From: Patescibacteria group bacterium
GTDB lineage: Bacteria > Patescibacteriota > Minisyncoccia > Minisyncoccales > UBA5738
Assembly (NCBI GenBank): GCA_022710775.1
Contig: JAKLGH010000001.1
Coordinates: 5,824-69,823 of the forward strand
Direction: 5' to 3'
DNA length: 64,000 nucleotides
Shown: piece by piece, positions 33,748 to 42,272 of the stretch
Position numbering within the stretch: the stretch's first letter is position 1
How the letters are laid out: each line of letters opens with the position of its first letter
Notes under the pieces: generated by a model
What the model saw: only the letters and a program-made list of their open reading frames with translations
What the model was told of the DNA's origin: nothing
The model's database searches: none
Position numbers and translations under genes: made by a program

Positions 33748-34797
33748 TTATTTTAAATACGTCCGCTTTGCAACCACATGATCCTGGAAGTTGCGCGAGA
33801 AAATCGTCCGGCCGTCGTAGGCCGTAAGATAAAAGAAATAATCGGTTTTTTCCGGATAAATAGCAGCCATTATACTTTCCAGCCCGGGATTGCAAATCGG
33901 GCCCTTGGGCAGTCCGCGGTAAACGTAAGTGTTATAGGGAGAATCAATTTTGGTATCGGCAATCGTAAAACGGGTGGTATGCTTGTCGGTTATATAAGCC
34001 AGGGTCGCATCTATCTGCAAGGGCATGTCTGCTTTCAGCCGATTAGCCATTATACCGGCAACTTTCCGCTTGTCGGATTGGCTGCGCACCTCTTTTTCGA
34101 TCAACGATGCCATTGTAACAATTTCGTAAACCGATTTTTTCTGTTCTTTTATCGCGTCTAGAACGTCAGGCGTAATTTTAGCCTCGAAATTTTTCAGCAT
34201 CCGGCGCGCCACGCTGTCATGATCATCTTCGGCCGTAAACCGATAAGTGTCCGGATAAAGATATCCTTCCAGCGACGCATCGTCGGGAGCATCTTGCAAA
34301 AAAGCGAAACGATTCTTAAAATCTTTAACCCGGTAGTATGAAAGCACAATCTTTTTTCCACACCTGGAACCGCAGACCTTTGGATCGTTGAAGCGGGCAT
34401 TCAGCGATGCTTCGATCTGGCTGATATCGAAGCCTTCGAAGATAGTAACTCCGATCTTGATCGTATCGCCGCTGCGAAGCTTGGCCACAATATCGGAAAA
34501 ACCCATTGAAGCGCTTAGCGCGTAATCACCGGCCTGCAAGGAACCGCTTACCCCTTTAAAAAAAACATATGCCCGAAACAGCAGTTCATTGGAAATCAAT
34601 CCCTGGGTTTTCAAATCGCGGGCGATATTTTTAAGGCTGGCGCCGGGTTCGATATTGAAAACCACAAAATTGCCTAACGGGTCCTGAACCGCCGGAAGCA
34701 AACCATCGGCAGCGTTTGCCATTAAGGGAAAAGCGTTAACCGCGAAAGCAAATGCCAGATAGAGGGCAACAATAAACGATAATATCTTTTTAGCCAT
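33748..34797 (-). CDS. mltG: Endolytic murein transglycosylase MltG (YceG-like)
   Basis: 349 aa with an N-terminal TM, ASLIEKEV, and the motif PYNTYVYRGLPKGPICNPGLESIMAAIYPEKTDYFFY. Confidence 0.9.
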   Translation of the reverse strand: MAKKILSFIVALYLAFAFAVNAFPLMANAADGLLPAVQDPLGNFVVFNIEPGASLKNIARDLKTQGLISNELLFRAYVFFKGVSGSLQAGDYALSASMGFSDIVAKLRSGDTIKIGVTIFEGFDISQIEASLNARFNDPKVCGSRCGKKIVLSYYRVKDFKNRFAFLQDAPDDASLEGYLYPDTYRFTAEDDHDSVARRMLKNFEAKITPDVLDAIKEQKKSVYEIVTMASLIEKEVRSQSDKRKVAGIMANRLKADMPLQIDATLAYITDKHTTRFTIADTKIDSPYNTYVYRGLPKGPICNPGLESIMAAIYPEKTDYFFYLTAYDGRTIFSRNFQDHVVAKRTYLK

Positions 34798-34912
34798 TTT
34801 TCGTCTCGTTTTGGATCAATCAGTTGCTCTGAGCGAGGAACAATGATAACCCCGGATAATGAAATTATACTTTAAAACGCAAGATTCGCCAAAATTCCAA
34901 CGAAATAAGTTA

Positions 34913-34985
34913 CAGAGTCCCGGTCTCTGGAAGCTGGTCCAGAGTCCCGGTCTCTGTTTGACAATTGTTGGTTTAATGATATTAT
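34913..34985 (+). promoter_or_regulatory. Two 17-nt direct repeats (candidate operator pair) followed by a strong sigma70-type promoter
   Basis: CAGAGTCCCGGTCTCTG occurs at 34913-34929 and 34940-34956 (period 27). Then come TTGACA (34958-34963), a 16-nt spacer and TATTAT (34980-34985). The ATG of the next gene is at 35004. Confidence 0.55.
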
Positions 34986-35003
34986 TCCGCCAGAGGCTTT
35001 AGA

Positions 35004-35642
35004 ATGACGGACGATGCAAAAAAGGATTGCCCGCTCGCGTGCGGGTATGAAGCACTAAGAAAAACCAAATTCTGGTGGGCTTATAAAGGTAAGGACATTG
35101 CGCTTACGATTTGGCTGATTTTCGCGATACCGCTCTTAGCGGTTTTACTCTGGGGTGAAAAATCGGGCTGGCTGAATGTAAACGGATGGTGGAACGCACC
35201 AGTAATAGCTCTATTCATCATCGGAATCGTGGGGGCTGTAATGGATGTTGTTATTACCGCTATTGTGGCCGCGGAGTACTTTAAAAGAATATCGAAGAAG
35301 AAAAATGGTTTTATGCAAAAATTACCGCTCGACGAAGTTATCAAGTTTACCTTTGTCGCCGGTTCCCCGGTTTACGCGGTCTGGTTTGGAGCCGCGCGGC
35401 ATAGCGGCGAGCTTGCTAAAATTTCTGAAGATGCATTGCTGGTCGTAGCGATTGTCGAGCTTTTCGCCATCGCCGGCTGTATTTATGACGCCAATTGGCT
35501 GTTCGGCGACTATGTCAGGCACATCTGGGCAAACCAAGATAAAAACGCGATCGGCAGCGTGAAACGCTCGATCATCCGCCTTATCGGCCACGGATACATT
35601 GCGGCCGGGAAATGCGACCTTGTCAAAAGATCAACCAGATAA
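35004..35642 (+). CDS. Integral membrane protein of unknown function
   Basis: 212 aa with about 4 hydrophobic helices. The promoter above and the terminator below delimit a monocistronic unit. Confidence 0.6.
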   Translation: MTDDAKKDCPLACGYEALRKTKFWWAYKGKDIALTIWLIFAIPLLAVLLWGEKSGWLNVNGWWNAPVIALFIIGIVGAVMDVVITAIVAAEYFKRISKKKNGFMQKLPLDEVIKFTFVAGSPVYAVWFGAARHSGELAKISEDALLVVAIVELFAIAGCIYDANWLFGDYVRHIWANQDKNAIGSVKRSIIRLIGHGYIAAGKCDLVKRSTR

Positions 35643-35668
35643 AAGCAAAAGAATTTAACCTAAAGCAT

Positions 35669-35691
35669 ATCGGCAAACGCCGATTTTTTTT
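35669..35691 (+). terminator. Rho-independent terminator
   Basis: ATCGGCaaacGCCGATTTTTTTT. Confidence 0.7.
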
Positions 35692-35699
35692 ACGCCCGC

Positions 35700-36932
35700 C
35701 TATTCGTATTTGCGCAAAGCTTCGATCGGGCGCAGTTTGGCCGCCCGGCGCGCCGGAAGGATCCCGGCGGCGCAGCCAACGATAAAGGAAAAAGTAAGTC
35801 CGAACAAAATAATCCACGGAGAGAATGAAGCGCGAAAATAAAACATGGGGTGCACCTGGCCATAGAGCTCGACAGACCATGCGGCAAGCAATCCCAAAGC
35901 TGTTCCGGCAAATCCGCCGACCAAGCCGATAATACCCGCTTCAAAAAGAAAAATGCTTAAAATAGCGGAGTTTGGAGCTCCAACCGCTTTCATAATTCCG
36001 ATCTCGCGGGTTCGCTCGCGAACCGCCGTATACATGGTATTGGTAATGCCGATGCCGCCGACGATTATGGCAATGCTGGCAAAGGCCAGCACGGCTAGCT
36101 CAATCACTCCCAGCACGTCTCCGGCGATTCCCTTGATTTTTTCGGCTGTTATAACGGCGTAATTCAAGTCGTCGCTTCCAAATTGCTTCTTTTGGGATCT
36201 TTTCAGGCTGTCTTTGATCTTCTCGGCCACAACGTTCGGATTCGCGCCTTCGGCAACGGTCACCATTGCCATTCGGGCGGTGCCCCTTTTTTCGCCGGTG
36301 ATATCGTAGAACAGCTCGATATCCATAAAGATCGCTGCGTCATCGTCTTTAGCCCCCAAGGAATTCAAAATTCCGGTTACAATTAATTTTTTTCCTTTAA
36401 TGTTGAACTCATCGCCTATTTTAACCTTTTCGTCGAAAACATCTTCTCTAAACCGGCTCCCCACGACAATCTCTTTTTTGCCTGTCTTTGGCCATTCTCC
36501 TTCCGCCAGGCTCCAGCCCTGCATCAGGCGCAAGGCATCCAGCCCGGTTTCGATCGGCAAGCCTTCTATAGCCAAGGATTTGTTATAATCCTTGAAGCGG
36601 ACGTTAACCCCGCGGTAATCGAACGGCACTACCGTATCGACCCCATCGGATTTCTCAATCATCGTCAGATCCCCTTTTTCCAGCTTGTCGCCGCCATACA
36701 TCATGCTCGCCATCGGGTTAGACTCGTCGCCGGGCATCACGATTATCATATTGCCGCCCAGCGACATCAGTTGCTTCTCAACGGTCATTTTTATTCCCTC
36801 GGACAGGGACAATAGGCTCATGATGAGAAAAACGCCCATAATGATGCCAAAGATGGTAAGCCAGGAACGCAAAGAGCGCATTTTGAGATTTCTCACCGCC
36901 ATTTTGAAATATTCCTTGGTATTTTCAAACAT
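35700..36932 (-). CDS. ABC transporter permease, MacB/FtsX type
   Basis: 410 aa with an N-terminal TM, a large extracytoplasmic domain and three C-terminal TMs in an FtsX-like arrangement. Confidence 0.85.
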   Translation of the reverse strand: MFENTKEYFKMAVRNLKMRSLRSWLTIFGIIMGVFLIMSLLSLSEGIKMTVEKQLMSLGGNMIIVMPGDESNPMASMMYGGDKLEKGDLTMIEKSDGVDTVVPFDYRGVNVRFKDYNKSLAIEGLPIETGLDALRLMQGWSLAEGEWPKTGKKEIVVGSRFREDVFDEKVKIGDEFNIKGKKLIVTGILNSLGAKDDDAAIFMDIELFYDITGEKRGTARMAMVTVAEGANPNVVAEKIKDSLKRSQKKQFGSDDLNYAVITAEKIKGIAGDVLGVIELAVLAFASIAIIVGGIGITNTMYTAVRERTREIGIMKAVGAPNSAILSIFLFEAGIIGLVGGFAGTALGLLAAWSVELYGQVHPMFYFRASFSPWIILFGLTFSFIVGCAAGILPARRAAKLRPIEALRKYE

Positions 36933-36985
36933 TGGTTTGATCGGCAGCCAGCGAACGCCGGCGGAGCTCCGGCATATTCTGAAAG

Positions 36986-37702
36986 TTAAATCAGTTTTCG
37001 GCCAAACGCGCTTACCTCGTCGACAATTTGTCCGTCTTTGATGAAAATCCGCTGGCGCCCGTAAGCGCCGATATTCGGATCGTGGGTAACAATCATCAGC
37101 GTCTTGCCGTTTTTGTTTTGAAAATTGATGAGGATCTCCATGATCTTCTTTCCGTTGATAGAATCCAGATTTCCGGTGGGTTCGTCGGCGATCACCATTT
37201 CCGGATCATTGACGAAAGCGCGCGCGATGGCAACCCTCTGGCGTTCTCCGATCGAAAGTTCCGACAACTGATGGTCAACCCGCGCCTCCAAGCCGACAAG
37301 CGCCAGCAGTTCTTTTGAACGCATTTCGCGCCTGGCCTTAGATACCCCCTGAAAAATCATCGGAATTTCCACGTTCTCCCAGGCTTTCAAATAAGCCAAA
37401 AGATGGAACTCCTGAAACACAAAACCGATTGAGCGTCCCCGCAAAACTGAAAGCTCGCTTTCGGCAAGCTTCGTAACGTCTTTCCCCTTTAAATAAACTG
37501 TTCCTTTCGTAGGAACATCAAGCAAACCGATAAGGTTTAAGAGAGTGGATTTTCCCGAACCCGACGGACCCATTAACGTAATCAAGGATCCGGGCATTAT
37601 TTCCAAATTTACGCCGCGAAGGGATTGGACTTCGGCTTTTCCCAGCCGGTAAATTTTCCAGACATTCTCCAATTTGATGATCGGTTGGGCGCCCTGATCC
37701 AT
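36986..37702 (-). CDS. ABC transporter ATP-binding protein (MacB/LolD-like)
   Basis: Walker A GPSGSGKSTLLN, signature LSIGERQRVAIARA and Walker B MVIADEPTGNLD. Confidence 0.9.
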   Translation of the reverse strand: MDQGAQPIIKLENVWKIYRLGKAEVQSLRGVNLEIMPGSLITLMGPSGSGKSTLLNLIGLLDVPTKGTVYLKGKDVTKLAESELSVLRGRSIGFVFQEFHLLAYLKAWENVEIPMIFQGVSKARREMRSKELLALVGLEARVDHQLSELSIGERQRVAIARAFVNDPEMVIADEPTGNLDSINGKKIMEILINFQNKNGKTLMIVTHDPNIGAYGRQRIFIKDGQIVDEVSAFGRKLI

Positions 37703-37705
37703 AGA

Positions 37706-39313
37706 TTAGGGAATGATTACCTGATCTCCGGCTTTGAGCCCCGATACGATCTCCGCCTCGGTTTTTGATCTGACCCCGATCGTTACCGGAATTTCCTTCA
37801 CATTGCCGTTTTCCAGTATCTGCACGAAGAAAGAGTTTTGTTGTTCGCGCAACGCGTTTTCCGGTATTTTAACCACTCCAACCCCCAAAATAGTTATAAT
37901 CTCGACATCAACGCTCATTCCGGGTTTCAAACCTTCGGGGGCGCCGTCGAAAACGATCTTAACCGGATAGTAAACTACGCCGCTCACCAGCTTATCGGCC
38001 GGTTCGATAAACGCCACCTTGCCCGAAAAAGTTTTATCGGGATAGGCCGTAAGAACAATCCTGACAGGATCATTAAGCTTTAATTTCACTATGTCTTCTT
38101 CGTAAATATCAACTTCTATCTGGAAAGGATCGGATGGCAGAACGACAAGCACCGGATCAGACGGTACCGGCTGGGCCAGCTCGCCGACGCGCTTATTGAC
38201 AGCAATAACCTCTCCGTTAACCGGGCTGGCCAACACGGTATCGCCCACCTGATTTTTAAGAAGTTCGTACTCGGCGGCGCTTTGGGCTACCTGCGTTTTC
38301 AGCAAAGCCACATCCTCAAAACGGGGCGGAGCAATAAGACTGGCATATTCATCTTGCGCTGACTGCAACTGGCTGTTGGCCGCATTTAAAGCCGCGGAAG
38401 CCGTATTAACGCTGTATTCGCCGGATAGCGTTTGATTAGCGATGGCCTGGCTGGCCGCGGTTAGATCGGCGGCGGCGGCAATAATATAATCGCGGTGGTT
38501 ATTAAGGGATGTTTTGTCGGTTTCCGCTACGGTATCGCGCCAAGACGGCTTTTCACAGATCTCGCGGATCCGCAACAAAGACCCGGATATTTCACCGATC
38601 TCGGATGCTGCCGATTTAAGCGCGCTTTCAATCGCTGGCCGATCGCCCGCCATTGCCGAATCAACGCTGGCTTTAATATTGCCGGTTTTGCGCCTAATCA
38701 GATCAGAATTTTCGTAAACGGTTATACCATCAGTGCTTTGGGGCGTGAAATAAGTGCGCTGCAGCAAGCTTGAAAAGTTTTGCGCGTTGAACGCAACCTG
38801 GTAAACATCGGATAAAACATCAAGGGCGTCATCATAAGCATTGGCCAACCGCTCGTCGGCTGTTTTTTTTACGTCGGTTAGGTTTTGGCCGGCATTAGCT
38901 GACGCGATCGTCGCGCTGGCCACCCGGGATTCAGCGATCTTCAACTCTTGGGCGCTCGCTCCGTTTAAAAGACGGTCAAGTTTGATTTGGGACAGATTTA
39001 AACCGGCTTGGGCCTGGGCAAGTTTTAATTTAAGATCGCCGGCATCAAGTTCGGCCAGCGCATCGCCAGGCGCTACGGTTTGCCCAACGGCAACATTTAT
39101 TTTTTCAATGCGCCCGCTGTTTTTAAAATTCAGATTGATCGCTTCGCCCTTCTTAACGGTGCCGGTTTCCGATATCTCCTGGACAATATCGCCAACGAGC
39201 ACATCAGCCGTATTGTAAACAACCGAAACGGGCTGGAACTTTCTGTATACAAAAAAAACCACTACTATTAACAAGAAAATGGCTGTAAAAAGAGTCGTTT
39301 TTTTAAATTTCAT
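37706..39313 (-). CDS. Efflux periplasmic adaptor (HlyD/MacA-like membrane fusion protein)
   Basis: 535 aa with an N-terminal TM, lipoyl-like motifs, a long coiled-coil hairpin and a C-terminal beta-barrel domain. It ends 3 nt before the ATPase gene. Confidence 0.8.
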   Translation of the reverse strand: MKFKKTTLFTAIFLLIVVVFFVYRKFQPVSVVYNTADVLVGDIVQEISETGTVKKGEAINLNFKNSGRIEKINVAVGQTVAPGDALAELDAGDLKLKLAQAQAGLNLSQIKLDRLLNGASAQELKIAESRVASATIASANAGQNLTDVKKTADERLANAYDDALDVLSDVYQVAFNAQNFSSLLQRTYFTPQSTDGITVYENSDLIRRKTGNIKASVDSAMAGDRPAIESALKSAASEIGEISGSLLRIREICEKPSWRDTVAETDKTSLNNHRDYIIAAAADLTAASQAIANQTLSGEYSVNTASAALNAANSQLQSAQDEYASLIAPPRFEDVALLKTQVAQSAAEYELLKNQVGDTVLASPVNGEVIAVNKRVGELAQPVPSDPVLVVLPSDPFQIEVDIYEEDIVKLKLNDPVRIVLTAYPDKTFSGKVAFIEPADKLVSGVVYYPVKIVFDGAPEGLKPGMSVDVEIITILGVGVVKIPENALREQQNSFFVQILENGNVKEIPVTIGVRSKTEAEIVSGLKAGDQVIIP

Positions 39314-39393
39314 AGCTTTGTCCCAACACAGATATTACGCATCAATGCGGCATGGTTGCCGTATAAAATTTCTAGATGATTTTGATAGGACGG

Positions 39394-39732
39394 CTATTTG
39401 ATCCGGAATAGGACTTGGTGCCAATCGTTATAACAGGATATACCCTGATAAGCCAAACCGCCCAGCATCCCGATCACGAATTGATCGGAAACAAAAGCCA
39501 GATTGTAATGAATGGCAACCGGTATAACGGTAAGGCACAAGACCCAGTGATGCAAATGAAGCCGGTATTTACCTAAATCAAAGATCAAGGAACGGACATA
39601 GCCTTCCATGCCGGTTTCCTTGCCGGCGAGAAAGAGCGCTCCGATATATCCGAGAAGAGCCCCTATATATATTTCAAATGAAACGATTGCCAACGGAACT
39701 GCATACAAAAGCTTACGTTTGGAAATTTTCAT
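39394..39732 (-). CDS. Small membrane protein
   Basis: 112 aa with 3-4 hydrophobic helices. Confidence 0.5.
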   Translation of the reverse strand: MKISKRKLLYAVPLAIVSFEIYIGALLGYIGALFLAGKETGMEGYVRSLIFDLGKYRLHLHHWVLCLTVIPVAIHYNLAFVSDQFVIGMLGGLAYQGISCYNDWHQVLFRIK

Positions 39733-39815
39733 AAAGGATAGCGCGGCCGTGAGTGAATGGCTGCGAAGTCTTGTTGAATATTTAAGAATTTAGTTTGCTA
39801 TGCTGCGTCGATCAG

Positions 39816-39886
39816 CGGGGACGCCAGGATTCGAACCTGGAACAAAAATTTTGGAGATTTCCATGATGCCATTTCACCACGTCCCC
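39816..39886 (-). tRNA. tRNA-Trp (anticodon CCA)
   Basis: Hand fold: acceptor GGGGACG/CGTCCCC; D arm GTGA-AATGGCA-TCAT; anticodon arm GAAAT-CTCCAAA-ATTTT; T arm CCAGG-TTCGAAT-CCTGG; discriminator G. Confidence 0.9.
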
Positions 39887-40036
39887 CTTGGCTGGCCCGA
39901 GCGAAACCTCCATTAGTATATTATACAAGATAGGGATTTTCTTGCCAACACCAAGATATTCACAGCCTTTTATTTTGAGCTTAAGAGCTTTTTGGCCCTT
40001 AAGCCGCGCTTAACAAGCTGCTTAATCAAGCTGTGC

Positions 40037-40198
40037 TTATTTCTTTAGTTCCTTATGTTTAACGCGTTTGCGGCACTTTTTGCAAAATTTGACCAAATCC
40101 AATTTGCCCTCCATAGTTTTTGACTTATGGGTGTTGTAATTTATTTCTTTGCAGGCAGTGCATTGCAATTTTACGTATGGTTTCTTTTTTGCGGCCAT
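40037..40198 (-). CDS. rpmG: 50S ribosomal protein L33
   Basis: Below the ORF-track size cutoff. Hand translation: MAAKKKPYVKLQCTACKEINYNTHKSKTMEGKLDLVKFCKKCRKRVKHKELKK (53 aa), with the two CxxC pairs typical of L33. Confidence 0.9.
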   Translation of the reverse strand: MAAKKKPYVKLQCTACKEINYNTHKSKTMEGKLDLVKFCKKCRKRVKHKELKK

Positions 40199-40359
40199 AT
40201 TTTTTTAAACTCGAAGCACGAAGCACGAATATTCGAAACAATTCTCAAATTATCAAATGACTTAATGTCCAAAAAATTAGTTTTGAGCATTCGAACTTTT
40301 TAACATTTGAATTTGTTTCGGATTCCGAACATTCGAACATTCGGATTTTGCTTGTCGTG

Positions 40360-40431
40360 AGCCCGAGAGAGGAGTTGAACCTCCGACCTACTCCTTACCA
40401 TGGAGTTGCTCTGCCTCTGAGCTACCCGGGC
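40360..40431 (-). tRNA. tRNA-Thr (anticodon GGT)
   Basis: Hand fold: acceptor GCCCGGG/CTCGGGC; D arm GCTC-AGAGGCA-GAGC; anticodon arm ACTCC-ATGGTAA-GGAGT; T arm GGAGG-TTCAACT-CCTCT. Confidence 0.9.
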
Positions 40432-40565
40432 GCATTCACTGAATAATTTTCAATTTTAATTCAATAAATGATCAATGCGGCAATTTTCAAATAAAACGCA
40501 TGTTTGCCCGTTTTATAGAAACATTGAAAATTAATTGAAAATTGATTATTGCCAATTGACAATTA

Positions 40566-40901
40566 CGAAGCGAACTCGTGTCGGCTGGGAGGGATGGATT
40601 CGGACTTACTCACCATTCCCCTAGTGCTTAAACAAACTTCATCTTCTACTGCTCGCCCTGAGTGAGCGAAGCGATCGAAGGGTGGGCTGGGAGGGATGGA
40701 TTCGGACTTACTCACCATTCCCCTAGTGCTTAGACAAACTTCATCTTCTACTGCTCGCCCTGAGTGAGCGAAGCGATCGAAGGGTGGGCTGGGAGGGATG
40801 GATTCGGACTTACTCACCATTCCCCTAGTGCTTAGACAAACTTCATCTTCTACTGCTCGCCCTGAGTGAGCGAAGCGATCGAAGGGTGGGCTGGGAGGGA
40901 T
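40566..40901. repeat. 102-bp tandem repeat, about 3.3 copies, whose last copy is the 3' end of tRNA-Tyr
   Basis: GGCTGGGAGGGAT recurs at 40583, 40685, 40787 and 40889 (exact period 102). Copies are nearly identical, with one A/G difference. Each unit carries the tRNA segment ATCCCTCCCAGCCCACCC (minus strand). Confidence 0.95.
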
Positions 40902-40970
40902 TTGCACCCCCGAAGGCGTGAAGCCACCGCGTTTACAGCGCGGTCCATTTGGCTACTTTGGTACCAACCC
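40887..40970 (-). tRNA. tRNA-Tyr (anticodon GTA), type II with a long variable arm
   Basis: Hand fold: acceptor GGGTTGG/CCAGCCC; D arm CCA-AAGTAGCCAAA-TGG; anticodon arm CCGCG-CTGTAAA-CGCGG; 15-nt variable arm; T arm GGGGG-TGCAAAT-CCCTC; discriminator A. The T loop is unusual (G where U55 is expected). Confidence 0.75.
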
Positions 40971-41143
40971 GCTGAGAATAGTTAATGAGTGCTTAGTTTA
41001 TAAGTTTATGAAATAACAACAAAATCCGCTCATCGCACATAGGCGCGCAGCGCCAGTTTCGCCATTAATCGCTATTCTCTTTTTTAAACAAATTAAGTAT
41101 ACAGTGTTTCGCAAAAAAAACAAGGCATCATTAACTGAAAGCG

Positions 41144-41854
41144 TTAGGCTAAGCGTTTGGCGCTGCCTATAAATCGGCCATGTTTTCTACGCCACTCGTT
41201 CACCTTTTTAGGGTCGCCCGACAGCAATTCCGGCGGCACTTTCCAGTTAACGCCTTTTTGGGGCGAAAAAACGGCGGGGCGGGTATATTGCGCGCTTTCA
41301 AAAAAACCGTCTTTTGAACTTCGATCAGCCAAAAAACCGGGTTTCCCGATAACTCCCGGAATAAGACGCGAGACCGTTTCAATAATCGCCATCGCCGCCA
41401 CTTCGCCCCCCATTAGGTCGAAATCTCCGATAGAAATCTCCAAATCGGACATTTTTTTGGCAACCCGCTCATCCACTCCTTCGTAGCGGCCGCAAACGAA
41501 TACCAGCTTCTTTTCGCGTGCCAATTTAGCGGCCATCTTTTGATCGAATTTTTTTCCGCGGGGGCTTAAAAGAATCACCTTTGTTCGAGCGGAAGGCTTG
41601 AATTTTGAACCAGTTTTTTTTAAGCCAGCGGTAATCTTTAACGCTCTGAAAATCACGTCCGGCTTCATAACCATGCCAAAACCGCCTCCATAGGGGCTGT
41701 CATCAACGCTCCGGTGCCGGTCTAGCGCGAAATCCCGAAGATTTGAAACATTGATTTTCACCAGCTTCATTTCCTGGGCCCTTTTCAGGAGGGATTCGGA
41801 GGCGTAAGCGGCAAAAATCTCCGGAAATATCGTCAGTATCTCGAACGTAATCAT
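41144..41854 (-). CDS. trmD: tRNA (guanine37-N1)-methyltransferase
   Basis: 236 aa: MITFEILTIFPEIF..., DDSPYGGGFGMVMKPD, GRYEGVDERV. Confidence 0.95.
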   Translation of the reverse strand: MITFEILTIFPEIFAAYASESLLKRAQEMKLVKINVSNLRDFALDRHRSVDDSPYGGGFGMVMKPDVIFRALKITAGLKKTGSKFKPSARTKVILLSPRGKKFDQKMAAKLAREKKLVFVCGRYEGVDERVAKKMSDLEISIGDFDLMGGEVAAMAIIETVSRLIPGVIGKPGFLADRSSKDGFFESAQYTRPAVFSPQKGVNWKVPPELLSGDPKKVNEWRRKHGRFIGSAKRLA

Positions 41855-41933
41855 AATTTTCTATACAATCATTTTATCATTTAAACCGCCGTCTTAAAAA
41901 AGCGGGAAAAAAACAAAGGGTCTTACCCTTTGA

Positions 41934-42188
41934 TTATGCTTTCGGATCGTGCCAGTGCAGGTAATCGGAAATTCCGATTCCGACGAATGAGCCGAATACC
42001 GCGGACAGCGGCGTTGCCGGCTCTTTCAGGCATAGCGCGAGTATGAACAGCAGGGCCAATGTGCCGGATAACTGCAGCCTTGCCGGTTTTCTCGCGCTCG
42101 TGCGCAAGAGAAACAGGTAAATCACGCTATTCAATACCAGCCCGATAAAGGCGCCGTAAATTATCATTACCATCGTTTCGACAACCAT
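41934..42188 (-). CDS. Small membrane protein (occupies the position where rimM is usually found)
   Basis: 84 aa with 3 hydrophobic helices. Confidence 0.45.
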   Translation of the reverse strand: MVVETMVMIIYGAFIGLVLNSVIYLFLLRTSARKPARLQLSGTLALLFILALCLKEPATPLSAVFGSFVGIGISDYLHWHDPKA

Positions 42189-42272
42189 CTTAGCACCTGC
42201 AATACTTTAACATATTGGCACTATTTGTCAAACTAAAAACCCCTTCCGGGGTTTTCAGTTTTATATCGCGAA

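Noticed and set aside
40563-40907. A 114-aa ORF with a 34-aa peptide repeated three times.
   Set aside because: It is the 102-bp (3 x 34 codon) tandem repeat read in an open frame. Its start codon lies inside the T loop of tRNA-Tyr.
40566-41143. An integrated prophage or genomic island at tRNA-Tyr.
   Set aside because: The tRNA 3'-end duplications are only 102 bp apart, and no integrase or cargo genes lie between or beside them. Only remnants or amplification are plausible.
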